Shown here: one piece after another, positions 48,981-61,661 of the stretch
How positions within the stretch are numbered: the first letter of the stretch is position 1
Layout of the letters: each line of letters opens with the position of its first letter
Assembly (NCBI GenBank): GCA_907165135.1
Contig: OU015567.1
Coordinates: forward strand, 8,990,001-9,054,000
Origin: Oikopleura dioica
Lineage: Eukaryota; Animalia; Chordata
Reading direction: 5' to 3'
DNA length: 64,000 nt
The notes under the pieces: model-generated
What the model was told of the DNA's origin: nothing
The model's input: the letters and a program-made list of their open reading frames with translations, nothing else
Databases searched by the model: none
Position numbers and translations under genes: made by a program

Positions 48981-50931
48981 ATGGCCTTTTTTAAGAAAGA
49001 ATCTTCGGGATTCAAGGGGGCAATCCATGAGTTTGGCAACAATGTCGGGCCTCACGGGACTTCCTATTTACTCCTGGAGAATAAGAAGCGTCAGTCGATT
49101 TGGCAAGTCATCTTCATCCTCGGAATCGTTGGAACGTTGTGGACATGTGTAGAGGAACCAGGCTCATTTCAGTTTTTTTATTTCATCGAAAACAGCTGAT
49201 CCTCGAAAAAGTGTTTGAACCATTTCAACAAGTATGAATCTAACATAAAATTCCGCAAGAAATTCGGCGGCAAAGACATCATTCTTCCTCGCATAGTTCT
49301 CTGTCTCAACTCGATCCACTCGCCAAAAAAGATTGACCGCAATTACCCCTGGATGCAAAACATTACTGGTTTGCTGTACAGTGGGGCGGATACTCCAGCT
49401 GAACTGTTCGACTCGTACCATAATGGAATCCTTCCGCTTTCTCAATTTATCAAGTCTGAGTTCACAGCGAAAAAGATTCCCGACGAGAAGAAGCGCGCGG
49501 ATATGATGAATTCGTTCATCCATTTAGTTCCCTACACAGATCTTTTGAAGAACACCAGCGTCTACAATTTTATAGAAGAAACGAGCTCCGACTTCCACGT
49601 TTATGCCTGCCGCGTCGGCCCGGAAGATTGTTCAAAACAGTGGAAAAGCGCGCATTTCCAAGAAGGAAAATGCAAAGTCTTCAATCCGATGATAAACGTC
49701 TCCACTTTGAACATTGTTGTCGGCTACGAAGGTGACGACTGGGGCCCTGGATGGACGAACTTCATGGAAGGGTTGTCGATGTTCTATACTGCAAACTATC
49801 AGAAAATTCTGAACTTTCGAAAAAGCCTTCAAGTGACTTCGAAATCGATTCCGATTGTAAAACTGGTGCAACAGAAGAAACAAATGCTCGGTGCTCCTTA
49901 TTCTATCTGCAGACATCAGAATGAAGGACGCTTGAAATTCCTGCCAGAGAATACGACCTACACTGAAAAACACTGCATTTTTGAGTGCAAAATTCAGATG
50001 GCCAAGTTAAAAATCTCACTCTTGACTTAATTTTCATTCGATTTTACTCGGCCCATGTTAGTACTAGATGAGTGCTCCTGTTATCTCTCCTTTGCTCCTG
50101 CCGAACGTCGCGATCCAAATATCCACAACTGCACAATCTTTGACCATCTAACGTGCATCAAGCCCATTTTTCGAGTTTTTCAAGAAATGCAACAAACCAA
50201 GTGCAATTGCGAACCTGACTGTGAGTCAACAGAGCCTTATTCGCAAAGAATCCACTACGGGTAGGACAGTTTTAATTAGATTTAGTGATCCTTTTAGGCA
50301 TGCACACAATAAAAACTCTGTTATCGCGAGGATGAGCATTGCATCGATTCTTATAATTAGGGATGAAACTTAAGCTAAGAATCAAATAATGTGAACTTAC
50401 GTTCTCATCCCTTTTCAGCGATGGATAACGTTCTCGAAGAACGAAATGAAACAGCTGACTATCCTTTTGCCAATCGTGTTTCCAAACGCTTCTTTTTTAT
50501 AAAGCTATCATGTTTGTTAACCCGTCAAAGCTAGATTTATCTCTGACGTTGGCGGAAGTCTAGGTCTCTTCATGGGCATCTCCGCTGCATCATTATTTGG
50601 CATTCTGGAGTTGTCAGTCATGCTCCTTGTCACCTTGAGCCAGCGAATTTTCAACGAGTTCATGCCCAAGTTGTTTAAAAAAGAGAAGAAATTGACGAAA
50701 GAACAGAGCAGGAATGGTTAAACTTACCTTTTTTCTTGCTAGAAACTTGAGAATATAAAGAGAAAAACAAAAGTTGAAACTAAAAAAAGCTACGTGAATA
50801 ACATCAGCTACGGAAATGTGATGCCATACGATTATGGAATTTCGAAGGACTTCGAATACATCACGAATGCGAGCAAAACAGTGAACTCCAAGAAGCGTGA
50901 TATTCGACCAGTTGTCGTTAAAAATATCTAA
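48981..50931 (+). CDS. DEG/ENaC (ASIC-like) sodium channel; 3' end uncertain (50721 or 50931)
   Basis: Pre-M1 HG motif (VGPHG), M1, Cys-rich thumb (YTEKHCIFEC, ECSC, CNCEPDC), M2 ISDVGGSLGLFMGIS. Confidence 0.88.
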
Positions 50932-50933
50932 AC

Positions 50934-53113
50934 AAAATAAATAGCAGTAGCAGTTCCCTTTATCAATGTTGATGGTATGTGTTTGAAAACCATAGATTTC
51001 AGCGCTCGAGAGCATGATAATATTTAACTTACCTGTTTCATAAAGATATTTAATTCAGTATACCTGAAACAAATGTCCATGGATCGGTATTGACTGCCTC
51101 AGTTGTTGCTTCTACTGAGGATGAACTTTCAGTACTCGTTGTGGATGATGATTTAGTTGTAGTAGTTGTTGTCTTTGTAGTGGTCGTTGTTGTTGTCGTT
51201 GTTGTGGTTTTAGTTGTGGTTGTGGTTGTAGATGTGGTTTTAGTTGTGGTGGTTGTGGTTGTAGTTGTTGAAGTTGTTGTTGTCGTTGTTGTTGTTGTGG
51301 AAGTAGTAGTTACCCTCTTTGTTGTAATTGGAGTAGTGGTGATAACTGACGTTGTTGTTTCTTCTTTGAGTGTCGATGTAGATGTTGTATATTCCGTAGT
51401 TGTGCCCATACTTCCTCTTGTTGTCGTTGACCAAGTTGTTGATGTTGTCTCTTCGGCAGTAGAAGTCGTTGTAGTTGTAGAAGTTGTCTCAGGAAGCGTT
51501 GTTTCAACAAACGGAACAAATTGCGTAGTAATTTCTTCCGGGTTCACGCAAAATTTATCCGAAATAAAAGGCATATCATCGGCGCATTGATCCTCCGACT
51601 CGACGATTTCCAACAAGTTTTTCAAGTTACCGGCGATCTTCTCGCAGCTCCAAGGTTTGCTTCCATGTCCAATCATCCAGTGGCCAATGCCTCGCATATC
51701 TCCACAATTTCTGCTTTCTCTTCCAACATAGTAGCCGTAGAAAATGACGAATCGCTGGGACTCTGGCCAGGGGCCACCGACATAGTAGGGACGATTCGTT
51801 GTTTCGTCGAAGCCAGCATAAGTGAAATAAACATTTTTGACGCCACGGAAAGAGACTTGGAAGGAGCCCGTACAGCAGCCGTACTCCTGAAGACATTGGG
51901 CACCCTCGTCCGATTTGTCTGAGCACTCAATGAACTGGTCGCATCTTCTTCCGTAGAGCAAGGGTCGCCCATTTCGACATGAATCTCTGCTGAACTCGCC
52001 AAACTTTTTGCAGCTGTACATGTTGTACACTTCAAGAGCGTCGATAGATGTCATCATTTCGAAGTTGCCAAGCTCGAATTTGTCCTTTCCGCCGCGCGGC
52101 GTGATCGTGTCTTTGTGGTTCATCGAGAACACATGGAAGGGATACTGCATGACGGATCGAGTGTCGTAGGGCTTAGTTCAGGAATGCGAAACTTTCAGAA
52201 ATAAATCAATTTTTGAAAAATAAAAAAAATAAGCTGTTTCATTCCCTTTCCGTTTGTAAATCCATAAATTGGTATTCGATTCCTTGAATTTTCGCGAACT
52301 GTGGCTCCATTCCAGGAAACACATTCTGCTCATGAATTCTTACATATTCGTCTCTATCAGGTCTCATGTGTTCGTGGAGGAATCCAAGGGCGTGCATGAA
52401 CTCGTGTTGAATGGTACCTTTATTCATACAAGCTCTGAATTTCGGGTCTCTGTTTGTGCTGCAGTCTGGAGTTTCAAGTGACATTCGTTGCGCTCCTCCG
52501 ACCATTCCAAGGCTTGACCAGCAGCCTTGATTGAAACCACCTGTTTGAGGATTGGCACACGTGATCTCAATGAAATTGTCGTGGTATTTCTTGTTCTCTG
52601 TATCGTCTTCGAATAAAATGCAACCTTGAATGTATGAAGACACGCTTTGAATCGAGTCAACAACGTAGGATCTCCATCTTTGCGGAAAGTTTTCGTTAAA
52701 GCGAAAAGGAACGATAGTCTGTCCATTCGAATTCGTGATATTCCATCGAGGTGCAATCGTGGCAGCGCCTCGAAGATCCATTCTACCGACCGCGGAAAAA
52801 TCCGTTCTCCAGCTAGCCGCGCTTGTTCTTGTCATTTGCGAGATCTTTTCAACTTGGAAGGGCGTCAAAAACAGATCGTCGTTGATTCTTTGAAGGGGTG
52901 TTTCTTTCTTTGGATCAACCATTTCTATCGGGTCTAAAAGGGCGCTCCAGTTTAAAAGTTATGAAAAAACTCACATTTTCTGATTCGTCTGTTCACCATT
53001 CTTCTTAATTTGTTCGATCTCTGAGGCTCTTTCTTGACGAAATTGCCCTTGAACTGTCCATACTTTTCTGCTTCCGCCGCAAGAACAAAAACTGCGGCGA
53101 ACAAGTTCCACAT
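50934..53113 (-). CDS. Astacin (M12A) metalloprotease plus LDLa-like module plus Thr-rich stalk
   Basis: Signal peptide MWNLFAAVFVLAA; HEFMHALGFLHEH; Met-turn SVMQYP; CDQFIECSDKSDE; long TTT tract. 3' end approximate. Confidence 0.85.
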
Positions 53114-53245
53114 TTTCGTTCTCTTTTCTCAAGAGGAAACTGTTATTTTCACTCTGGAGCAGGGGTTGCTTCTCTTGCTTTTGAGTGAAAAGAAACGCGC
53201 GGGTAAATTTGAGGTAGCAATTTTAGAAGGAACGAAACAGGCGGG

Positions 53246-54061
53246 ATGAGCCCCCCGGATCAGGTTATCAGCGCAGAGCTCACTCGGACAGAAATCAGAA
53301 AACTAATAGCAGAGTGGTTAATTCGCCGCTTATTACACAAAGCTCATCGCGGCATCAAAGCAGTTGTTGATGAAATCGTATTGAGTAATCAGCATCATGC
53401 TTCTCTAGAATGTTTTTTGTCAACCTTGAAAAAAGCAATGCTCATCCTCAGAAAAATGAGATTCCCGCTGGACTCGTACAAGCAGCTCGAAAATAGACTC
53501 GAAAAAATTGAAAATAACAAGGATTCCCCATTCAAGAACTTGTGGTTCATTTCAATTACTTCGCCGACTACCTTTCTTAAAACAACAACTTTTTGGTTTC
53601 ATTATTCTGATGGTTTAAGAAAGTTCAAGGTACACAACTTTAATTAAAGCGAGTTTTTTAGAAAATAAATTAAGATAGCCAAATGCCAAAGAATAGGTAC
53701 AACTGAAAACGACGCTGATGAAAAGGAAGAAGTTGTCCAAACGGAGTTTCCCATTGAAATCGAGTGCCGAGTTTACAAATGCCCTGCCCGTGCAACAATA
53801 TTCGTAACTGACCTCAGCTTGATGAGAGGAACCAAGTTCAACGAAAAAGCTTCCAGGCGAGCTTTGATGCAAGCTTACTCGAGAGTCACGATGGAGAACA
53901 CACAGCACACTTGCTCGCCTCTTTCACTCTCAACAGCTTTGACTTATTCAGTCAGGGATCATTTGATGGCAAGAGATGCCACTCCCATTGAACTGCAAGA
54001 CGAAATAAACGACATGAAGGACTGCCCGAGACTCAATGAAATAGGAACCGATTTAGAATAA
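53246..54061 (+). CDS. CCHC zinc-finger-like family member B
   Basis: FWFHYSDGLRKF | EFPIEIECRVYKCPARATIFVTD...QHTC...DCPRL. Confidence 0.6.
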
Positions 54062-54328
54062 AAGAAAATTTTAGAGTAAAGAAAATTTGAAATCCGAAAA
54101 AAGGATTTGACGAGAAAGAATGCAATAGGACTTGCGCACACCGGGAAAAGAAAATAAACAAAGAAATTCAATCAAAATGGTACAGTTCCTGGGCAAAAGC
54201 GCAAAAACAAGCTGAAGAGTCGGCGTTGAAAAGAGGTACTCTTCCATGTTTTCAGTTTGGGTCAACACTTCTTAGTTTACGATAGTTCTGCGTCTTTTCT
54301 TTCGGGAATACCGTCTGAAGGCTGCCCC

Positions 54329-54623
54329 ATGAGCGGAAGCAACAACTCGAAGAAAATGAAAATCGAAGAAGATGATTCTGATGATCCGGATCTGATCTCC
54401 ACTTCTGAATTTTTCAGCATCGAGGAAGAAAATCAGGATTCGCAAGAATTCGACTTCGCTTCAGATATTTGGTAAGCCAACCTATTTATGCAAATGTTGA
54501 TGATGATGATCACAAAGGTCTGAATCGACCAGTTCCACTCCTGCAGCTAACGATACGGAGAAGACGAAAGACCTGCAGACAATGATGGCTGAACTAAACG
54601 AATTGCTGCCAAAACGAGAATAA
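54329..54623 (+). CDS. Small acidic protein, 2 exons
   Basis: MSGSNNSKKMKIEEDDSDD...; GTAAG donor at ~54472; short terminal exon. Confidence 0.35.
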
Positions 54624-54795
54624 CTTTTTCCATGCCACTTGCACAAATATTATTTTCCTTCAATAAATTTTTCTAGAAAAACTTTCGAGAACGAAAGCTC
54701 TTTTGACTCTTATCAAGTTGCTTGAAACGTGTGACATCTCTAGATTCTTGAGCAAGTCTGACTTTCGCTTTAAATTTCCCTCATTTTTTGCGAAG

Positions 54796-55451
54796 ATGGG
54801 AGTCGTAGAACCGTACATAGAGATTGAAAAGCGTCTGGGAATAATCAGCAATACGCCGTGGGAAGGAATCCCTCATGAAAACATGGTGTTCATCACCAAA
54901 TACGCGGTAGAAGAGATCGGTTTAGTGCAAAATACAATCTTTTGGTTTTGGTATCCCGATGGTCTCAGAAGGTTCTGGGTCGGTCCAAGCTTTCTCAAAT
55001 TTATTCCTAAGCAATTTTATAGATTGGCCCTATCCAAGACAACAACCAGCCAGAAAATGTTAAATCAAATGAGTTCCCGATCGGGCTGCAATGCTTCTGC
55101 CCGACATGTGCGATCCGAGGAGTAATCTACATCACCGACGTTAATTTGAGAGGAAATAATAAGACTTATGCGAAAACTGGAGACTATTTGAAACCAGCCT
55201 ATTACGACATCAACCATAAATACAATCTGAGATCGCTTTTCGAGTGTTACTCGCGAGCCAAGGTGTCCAGTGGTCTTCATTCTTGTCAAGCGCTTCCAAT
55301 CAAAGATGGAGTCACTGCCTTGGTAAGAGATCACATCTTGTCGAAAAAAGAATCGCCTGTAACTATTGAACGGGAACTTGCAAGGATGCAGAACTGCCCA
55401 AGGATACTTCAAGCAGGGAGGGATCAGAAATGTATATTCTCATCTGAGTGA
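54796..55451 (+). CDS. CCHC zinc-finger-like family member C
   Basis: FWFWYPDGLRRF | EFPIGLQCFCPTCAIRGVIYITD...LHSC...NCPRI. Confidence 0.6.
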
Positions 55452-55472
55452 TAAGGAAATACTGAGGAGTAT

Positions 55473-57960
55473 TTGTTATTCAATATATCCCGGAAAGGCT
55501 TTGACGAAAATGAGATTCAGCGAATATTATATTTTCATGAAAATCGGCTCAAGAAACAGAAAGAGAAGGTTGACAAACCAAACATCATTCAAATTGGACC
55601 AGGAGTGCAATTTTATCGACCAATGGCGCCACAAAAAGTTTATTACACTAGCGGTTATACTGTAAAGACGGTCGGAGGACTAAACACGGGAATGTCTGGA
55701 GGGGTTCCGATGACGAGACCTATCACGTCCAGGGTTCCAAATTTGGCCAAAAATTTTTGAATTTGAGCGAGCGATGAGCACGGAGAATTGGCTAGTGAGT
55801 AATAAACCTCGCTTAAGCGTCGCTCAAACCTCGCTCGAGCGGCGCTCAAACCTCGCTCAAAAGTCGCTCAAACGTCGCTCCAAAGTCGCTCGGATCTCGC
55901 TCAAACCTCGCTCAGCTATCATATTTTTTTACCTTGAGCGAGCGAGCGACTGAGCGGTTCTCTATGAAAATCAGTTGAGTGAGCGGAGCGTGAGCGATCG
56001 CTCGCTCGCTCATCGCTCGCTCACGCTCAGATGTCGCTCAGCGCTCAGCCAGAATTGGAACCCTGATCACGTCACAACCACAGCATTATTCCCTGTCTCT
56101 GAATCTCATGGCACCTCCTAAGACACCAATAAGGTCCTCCTGGAAAAAGTAAGCTGAATTATAACAGTTGAGTAGTGGATCAATTCTTCAATCAATTCAA
56201 GGAAAACTGAAAGTACGGCTTCGAAATCAGGGAAAGAAGAGGACAAAAGTCCACCTCCCTTTGGTTCAAGGCAGAAGAAAAAGTAAGCAAAATAATGATC
56301 TCTTTAACTTGACAAATTAAAGAAAAGCGGAAAAAGCACGGACTAGATGGCCCTGTAAAGAAGATGAAAATTGGACACCAACGAATCGAATCCATCGAAC
56401 GAGAAGCACCATCGTAGACGTCAAACAGGAACCAATTGATGAGACAACACAATCTACGGTATCAGAAAACCCACGCCGTCGAAGTCTCCGGAGTGCTTTT
56501 CGAAAACCGAAAAAAGCCATAGTCGATGATAAAGATAATGATGATGAGGTAGAAGAAGATGACGATGAGAATAACGATGAGGATGACGATGTTATTCTTG
56601 TTGAAAGTGATGTTCCATTCAGGTTTTCTTTCTCATTTTTATGCTGGTAAAATTGTTTTTAGCGATATTGCTTCTTCTTTGAAGACTCCTGTTCAAAACC
56701 AAAAGAATAAATCCGAACTTGTTAAAGAGCCACTGCCTTTGTCGGACGAAGATTCAATCAGTGACAGTTTGATTTACAACAGAACGCAAGATTGGATAAA
56801 CACGCAAAACCCAAAGCTGTCACCAGAGAAAACTGCCACAGAAAGCGAGGACCCACCAGAAAAAGTCACACCAAAATTCGAGTAAGGTCAAATATTGCTT
56901 TCGAAAAACTATGAGTAACTTTTAAGTTCAACTTGGCGGAGCTCGGAAATTCACGAAGTTATTCACAATTTGAAGAAAAAACACTTCGAAAGGAAAAGAA
57001 GCCAAAATGTGGGCACTGGTGAGCTTCTACAGGAGGGATCAGCGATACAGCCAGATTCCGCAGTTCACAAGCTTCAAATCGAGGGTGCCAAGCGAAATCT
57101 ATTGGACGACCGGGTGTTCTGCTCTGACATTTTCACTGAAGAAGAGATGAAGGGACGCAGGCCAACAGTTAGGAAAGCTCGATCGGTAATACATCCAACT
57201 AAATCCTGTTATTTATAAGTTTAAGGATTTCGCTGGAATAGAAAGAGTGAAGCGAAATCTTCTGAATGACAAAAACTTCTCCGACATTTACAAGCCTGAA
57301 GAGACAACTCCAGTGACCTCTGAGAAGTAAGCGAACTTCAAGTTCTGGAGGAATATAGAATTCTTAGGGCAGCTGACGAGGCAGAGACAAAGCTTTTGCC
57401 AGTATCTCTGAGAGAATCGGATATAAGTTCATCTACTCATCGACGGAGAAAACCAAGAATAATTACACCTCGAAAGAAGGATCCAAAAGACGATGTTGAG
57501 AAATCAGAAGATGCTCAAGATCCCGCGGTCGAAAGAAAGCCGAAAGGACGAAGTCGTCGAGTTGTGAAAAGCGCAGCAAGAATCCGGGAGAGTTTCAACC
57601 AGGGTCTTCAACAAACGAAGCTTCAGAAGCCGAACGATGAAACGAAGAAAGAGATCTTGACTTGGATTTCGAAATTGGGATGGGCCAGGAATTGGTGCGA
57701 CGATGTCATCAAAGTTTTGGGAGGTAAGAATCCTGATCTCACATTTTTTACAAAAAAAATAAGAAATGAAAACGGCTCTGAAGAGTTTCCAACCCGCCAA
57801 CTCCGATTCAAGTGACACTGAAATCGAAGAAAATAAAGCTGAAGGATTGGAGAAAAGCGACTTAGAAAACATGATGGACGAGTTTGATTCATTCTTGCAG
57901 ACCTGATACTTTTCAATGCCGTGTTCTCTGTCACAAAATAAATTTTCGTTCAGAAACTCT
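55473..57960 (+). CDS. Low-complexity charged multi-exon gene, interrupted by a hAT MITE; boundaries uncertain
   Basis: The reading frame ...MTRPITS continues as QPQHYSLSLNLMAPPK once the MITE and one TSD copy are removed; K/E/D-rich exons follow downstream. Confidence 0.45.
55730..56065. mobile_element. 336-bp hAT-type MITE
   Basis: TIRs CAGGGTTCCAA...TTGGAACCCTG; perfect 8-bp TSD ATCACGTC (55722-55729 and 56066-56073); many subterminal CGCTC/GAGCG repeats. Confidence 0.93.
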
Positions 57961-58098
57961 ATCTACTTGAGCCCTGCAAGATGTTCTTATAAACCTGCAC
58001 GAAAGAAAAAAACACTTCTCAAATCAAGTTCTTTCTGAAAACGAAAGAAAATGACTTGCGAAAAGAGATTGAAGTAGGCAGAGTCGACAATTGTTTAT

Positions 58099-58957
58099 TT
58101 ACTTGGACTTCTTGGCCTTGAGCTTTCGGACGTAGAACTCGAGTTCTTTGCCTTCGAGGATGTAGCCGTCGCATCGGCCGCACTGTCCAGGTCGGGAGGA
58201 GACTCGGGCGAGGAGTCGACCTGAATGCGTTTTACAACGGCGCTAGAATTCGGTGTCTTACCTTGTCCGAACTGCTCGGAGAGGTTGGGGTTAACTTCAG
58301 CCTGCTTCTGTCGCTCGGTGAATTTGACCTGGGTGCTCTTGGATCGCTTGGAGATGTCGAGAGCGGCTTCTTCTTCGGCGGAGAGCTTGGCGTTCTTCTT
58401 TCGGCCAAGGGGAGTGGCATAGTGCGACTCGTACCACTAAATGACACAAGTCAGGCGCGGGACAAAACTTTTACAATTCATATCCCGCCAGTCGAGCGAC
58501 TGGGGGAGTCTGATTTTCATCCAAAGAAGCACCGTACTCAGTGTTTAGCATTTGTTCAATGAGTGGCACAAGCGTTCTACCTGTCGGAATGGAGCGCAAT
58601 CGACGGTGACGATGGCGCCCTTGACGAGGGTCTTGGTTCGGACCAACTCGTTGTTCGAGGCGTTGTAGACAACGTCGATGATTCGGCACTTTCGGGATAC
58701 GGCCTCGGTAGCCCAGGAGAACGATCCCTAGAATGGAGGATGAGGGAAGGCTCGAAGAGTTATGAATTTACCTGGTCGAGTCGAAGTGCTCGGTACTTGG
58801 TGTTTCCACCTCGAGTTCGGACGTTATGAACTCGCTCAGGCTTGAGGGAGGTCATGGCCTGTGGCCGGGCCTTCAAGAAAGCTCGCTTCTTTCGGGTAAT
58901 TGGCCGCTTGCCGCCGGTGGCACGGCGCTTGTGCATTGAGTCACGACTGACGCCCAT
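58099..58957 (-). CDS. RPS8: 40S ribosomal protein S8
   Basis: [18 protein letters not shown]...[15 protein letters not shown]...[13 protein letters not shown]...[22 protein letters not shown]. Confidence 0.97.
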
Positions 58958-59186
58958 TTCGAACTGAAAAAAGTAAAATTAAGAATCATTTTTTACGAAA
59001 ATAGAACGATACTTTATAAAATATAAAATAAAGAAACAGTTTTTTCGAAGTCCGAGGTTAAGAAAACCAGTGAATGAAAATTTTCATTTGCGAAAAAGGC
59101 ACTTGCAAAGTTTTAAGCGAAGTTTGTGGATATATGTTTTGAAAAGTGGTGCTAGAATGAAGCTAGGCGAAGGTCTTTGAGAAATT

Positions 59187-60293
59187 CTAGTAGTGCTTTG
59201 ATTTGATTCCGAAAAGGTTGAACGTCGTATTCTGGCGAGGAACAGTCGCCCCTCTGTGCCTGCGTATGCTCGTTTGGCTGTGAAGGGGGACATTTCGCCA
59301 GTGCGCATTTTGGACGAGATCGGACATGTTCTTCCTTGAGGCGAGAGCGCTATTTTCAGTTCCAAATGCGCTGCGTTTCGGCGGATCCCGCGGTCCGAGT
59401 GGCTCCGGGAAATTCGAATTTTTATTCTTGTCGATCGCGGGAAGGGAGGTTTTCGAACTCGAATTCGTCGAATTGCTTGAAATTGAACCACCGGTTGATC
59501 CTTGATTTCTCATTTTGCTCCACGAGTTTGAGCGTTGAAAGAGCGCAGGTTCTTCGTGGCGTCGTTTTTCGCGAAAATCGTCGGTCAATCTGTTGCGCCG
59601 CGTTTTCGGCTTGTTGAAGCGAAAGAAGCCGTCGAAGATGACGAAGTTGTTGATTTGCGGAACGCTGCCGACAAGCGAGTAGTGCTTGCGGAGGAAACTT
59701 CTGAACTTGGAGCTGGGCCGATCGATAGCGAGTTGCGCTGGATGAAGAGACAAATCCTGCAGCATGAATTCGAAAAGCCGACGGCCGCAGCCTTGACGCT
59801 GGTGAGATTCGACGACGAAGAAGTCTAGCACGCAGACAGGACGGGTTTCTGACTGGTTGCCGTTACGGTCCATGATGAAAAGCGGCTAAAATGAATGGTT
59901 GGCTCTCAGAATTATTTTGCTTTTGAAATTACCTTGTAACCGAGTTTGATAAAACCGAGGACGAGATTCTCTTGTCTCAAAATGTAAATCGACTGTTGAT
60001 CTCCAGCCGTCATTTGAAGAAAACTCGTGATGGACGACCCAAGACCTTGAGCGTCCGCTGATTTCTTTCCCAGACGATCTGAAATTTACTTTACCAAATG
60101 ACTAGCAAAAGACTGTCTCACCAATGATAAGCTGAATCTTCTCGGCCTTGGTGTACTGGATTGTTGTATTTCTTCTCTCGTAAGCGGAATGGTACCTCCT
60201 CGGCATTGAATAGTTCAAACGGGTTATTTCTTCTTGTCGAAAAGGCGTGATTTCTCGGGGAAGAACATCCAAAACGTCGAAACCCAACTCCAT
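59187..60293 (-). CDS. ATAT1: Alpha-tubulin N-acetyltransferase (MEC-17 family)
   Basis: LGFIKLGYK, CVLDFFVVESHQRQGCGRRLFEFML, AIDRPS, PQINNFVIFDGFF. Confidence 0.93.
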
Positions 60294-61295
60294 TTTCGAA
60301 CTCCAAATTCGATTATTTTCCGTCTAGAAATCAAAGACTGTAATTATTTGTCCATCTAAGAAACTGTCTCATACAGGAATTCTGCTCTGAGATCGACAAG
60401 AGGATTTTAGATAAAAAGAAGTCGAGTAAATGAAACAGTAAGAAAATTTAACGAATCATGAATTACACATGTGATTAATTAAATTAAATGAAATTTACAG
60501 TAACTAGAACTCATTCGTATTATGAAGATTTGAGCATTTTTTTACAAACTAAAAAGGTTCCCCGAGAGAAAAACTACGAAAAGACCCATCAAGCAATTTT
60601 TGGCACCTCCTCGTCTTCTGAAAAGATCTCTAATCGTCCGTAAATGACTCTAGAACGTTTCTAGCACCGTCAGGTGTTCGTAAATTCTCTGGAAATCTTT
60701 CTAAACGTGGTAAAGTTGATTGGGTCTTACGATTGGGCGCAAAGCTAAAGCAGTGACGCGCTCGGCCAATCACACGCGGAGAAGCACCCACGCGCGACGC
60801 ATTTCGCGACGCAAATTTCTCGAAACGCGCTGATCTCCGGAAAATCAGATATTCTGATACCTTCTCTGCTCTAGAAAAATGACTTTCTGAAGAGGAAAAT
60901 CGCGTTTCGTTTAAAATGCCAAAAAGTGAAAAATCTAGTTTTTAAAATTTATTTATTTTTGAACTCTCTGTCTTTTTCTGTTTATTTAATTTATTATGTC
61001 CCAAAGGAAGGATAAAAACCGTTCGTTTCATGAAAATTTGCTCGCAGTTGGGATTCGTCAAAAAATTATTATTTTCTGAAGGAAGTCACGTGTTTAATTC
61101 TGTATCACTACAATCTGACGATTTTAACATTGAAAATGGCCAGTGAGAGAGAATCGGAGATACCGGTTGATACGATATAAAAGCGGGAGAGTGGAATGTT
61201 TCTAGATGAAAAAATGAAAATTCAAATTGGCGATTTAGTCAAATGAAATCGAGTTCGACAAATTTGCTCTTCACTTGAGCTTTTTCGAGAAAAAA

Positions 61296-61661
61296 ATGCC
61301 CTTTCGTCAAACTTCGAACCTTCCGATAAAACCCGTCAAAAGATCGGAAGGAGAGCTGACCGCGATCTTACAATTTATAAGAGAGAAGGAAGAGTTCGGG
61401 CAGTGGCGGAAAGTTGAGCTGGAAAAGATCGTCAACGAATGTCGCGAAAAGTGGAAAGAGCGAGATTTGCCGGGAGAATGCGAATTCGAGTTTCAGGAGT
61501 TTTTTCTTCACGGAAAAGCGACGCAAATGGTCAGGTGTAGTCAAGAACAGTGCAGGGACAGAGAAGCTGTTTTGGATTTGAGGGGGAATGGAAGTTGGTA
61601 CGACTTGAGGCCCATTTCCAGACATTTGAGGACTTGTCAAGTTAACAGCTTCAATCAGTAA
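61296..61661 (+). CDS. Single-exon 121-aa protein with a possible C-x4-C...H-x3-C zinc finger
   Basis: Open ORF; VRCSQEQC...ISRHLRTC. Confidence 0.5.
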   Translation: MPFRQTSNLPIKPVKRSEGELTAILQFIREKEEFGQWRKVELEKIVNECREKWKERDLPGECEFEFQEFFLHGKATQMVRCSQEQCRDREAVLDLRGNGSWYDLRPISRHLRTCQVNSFNQ

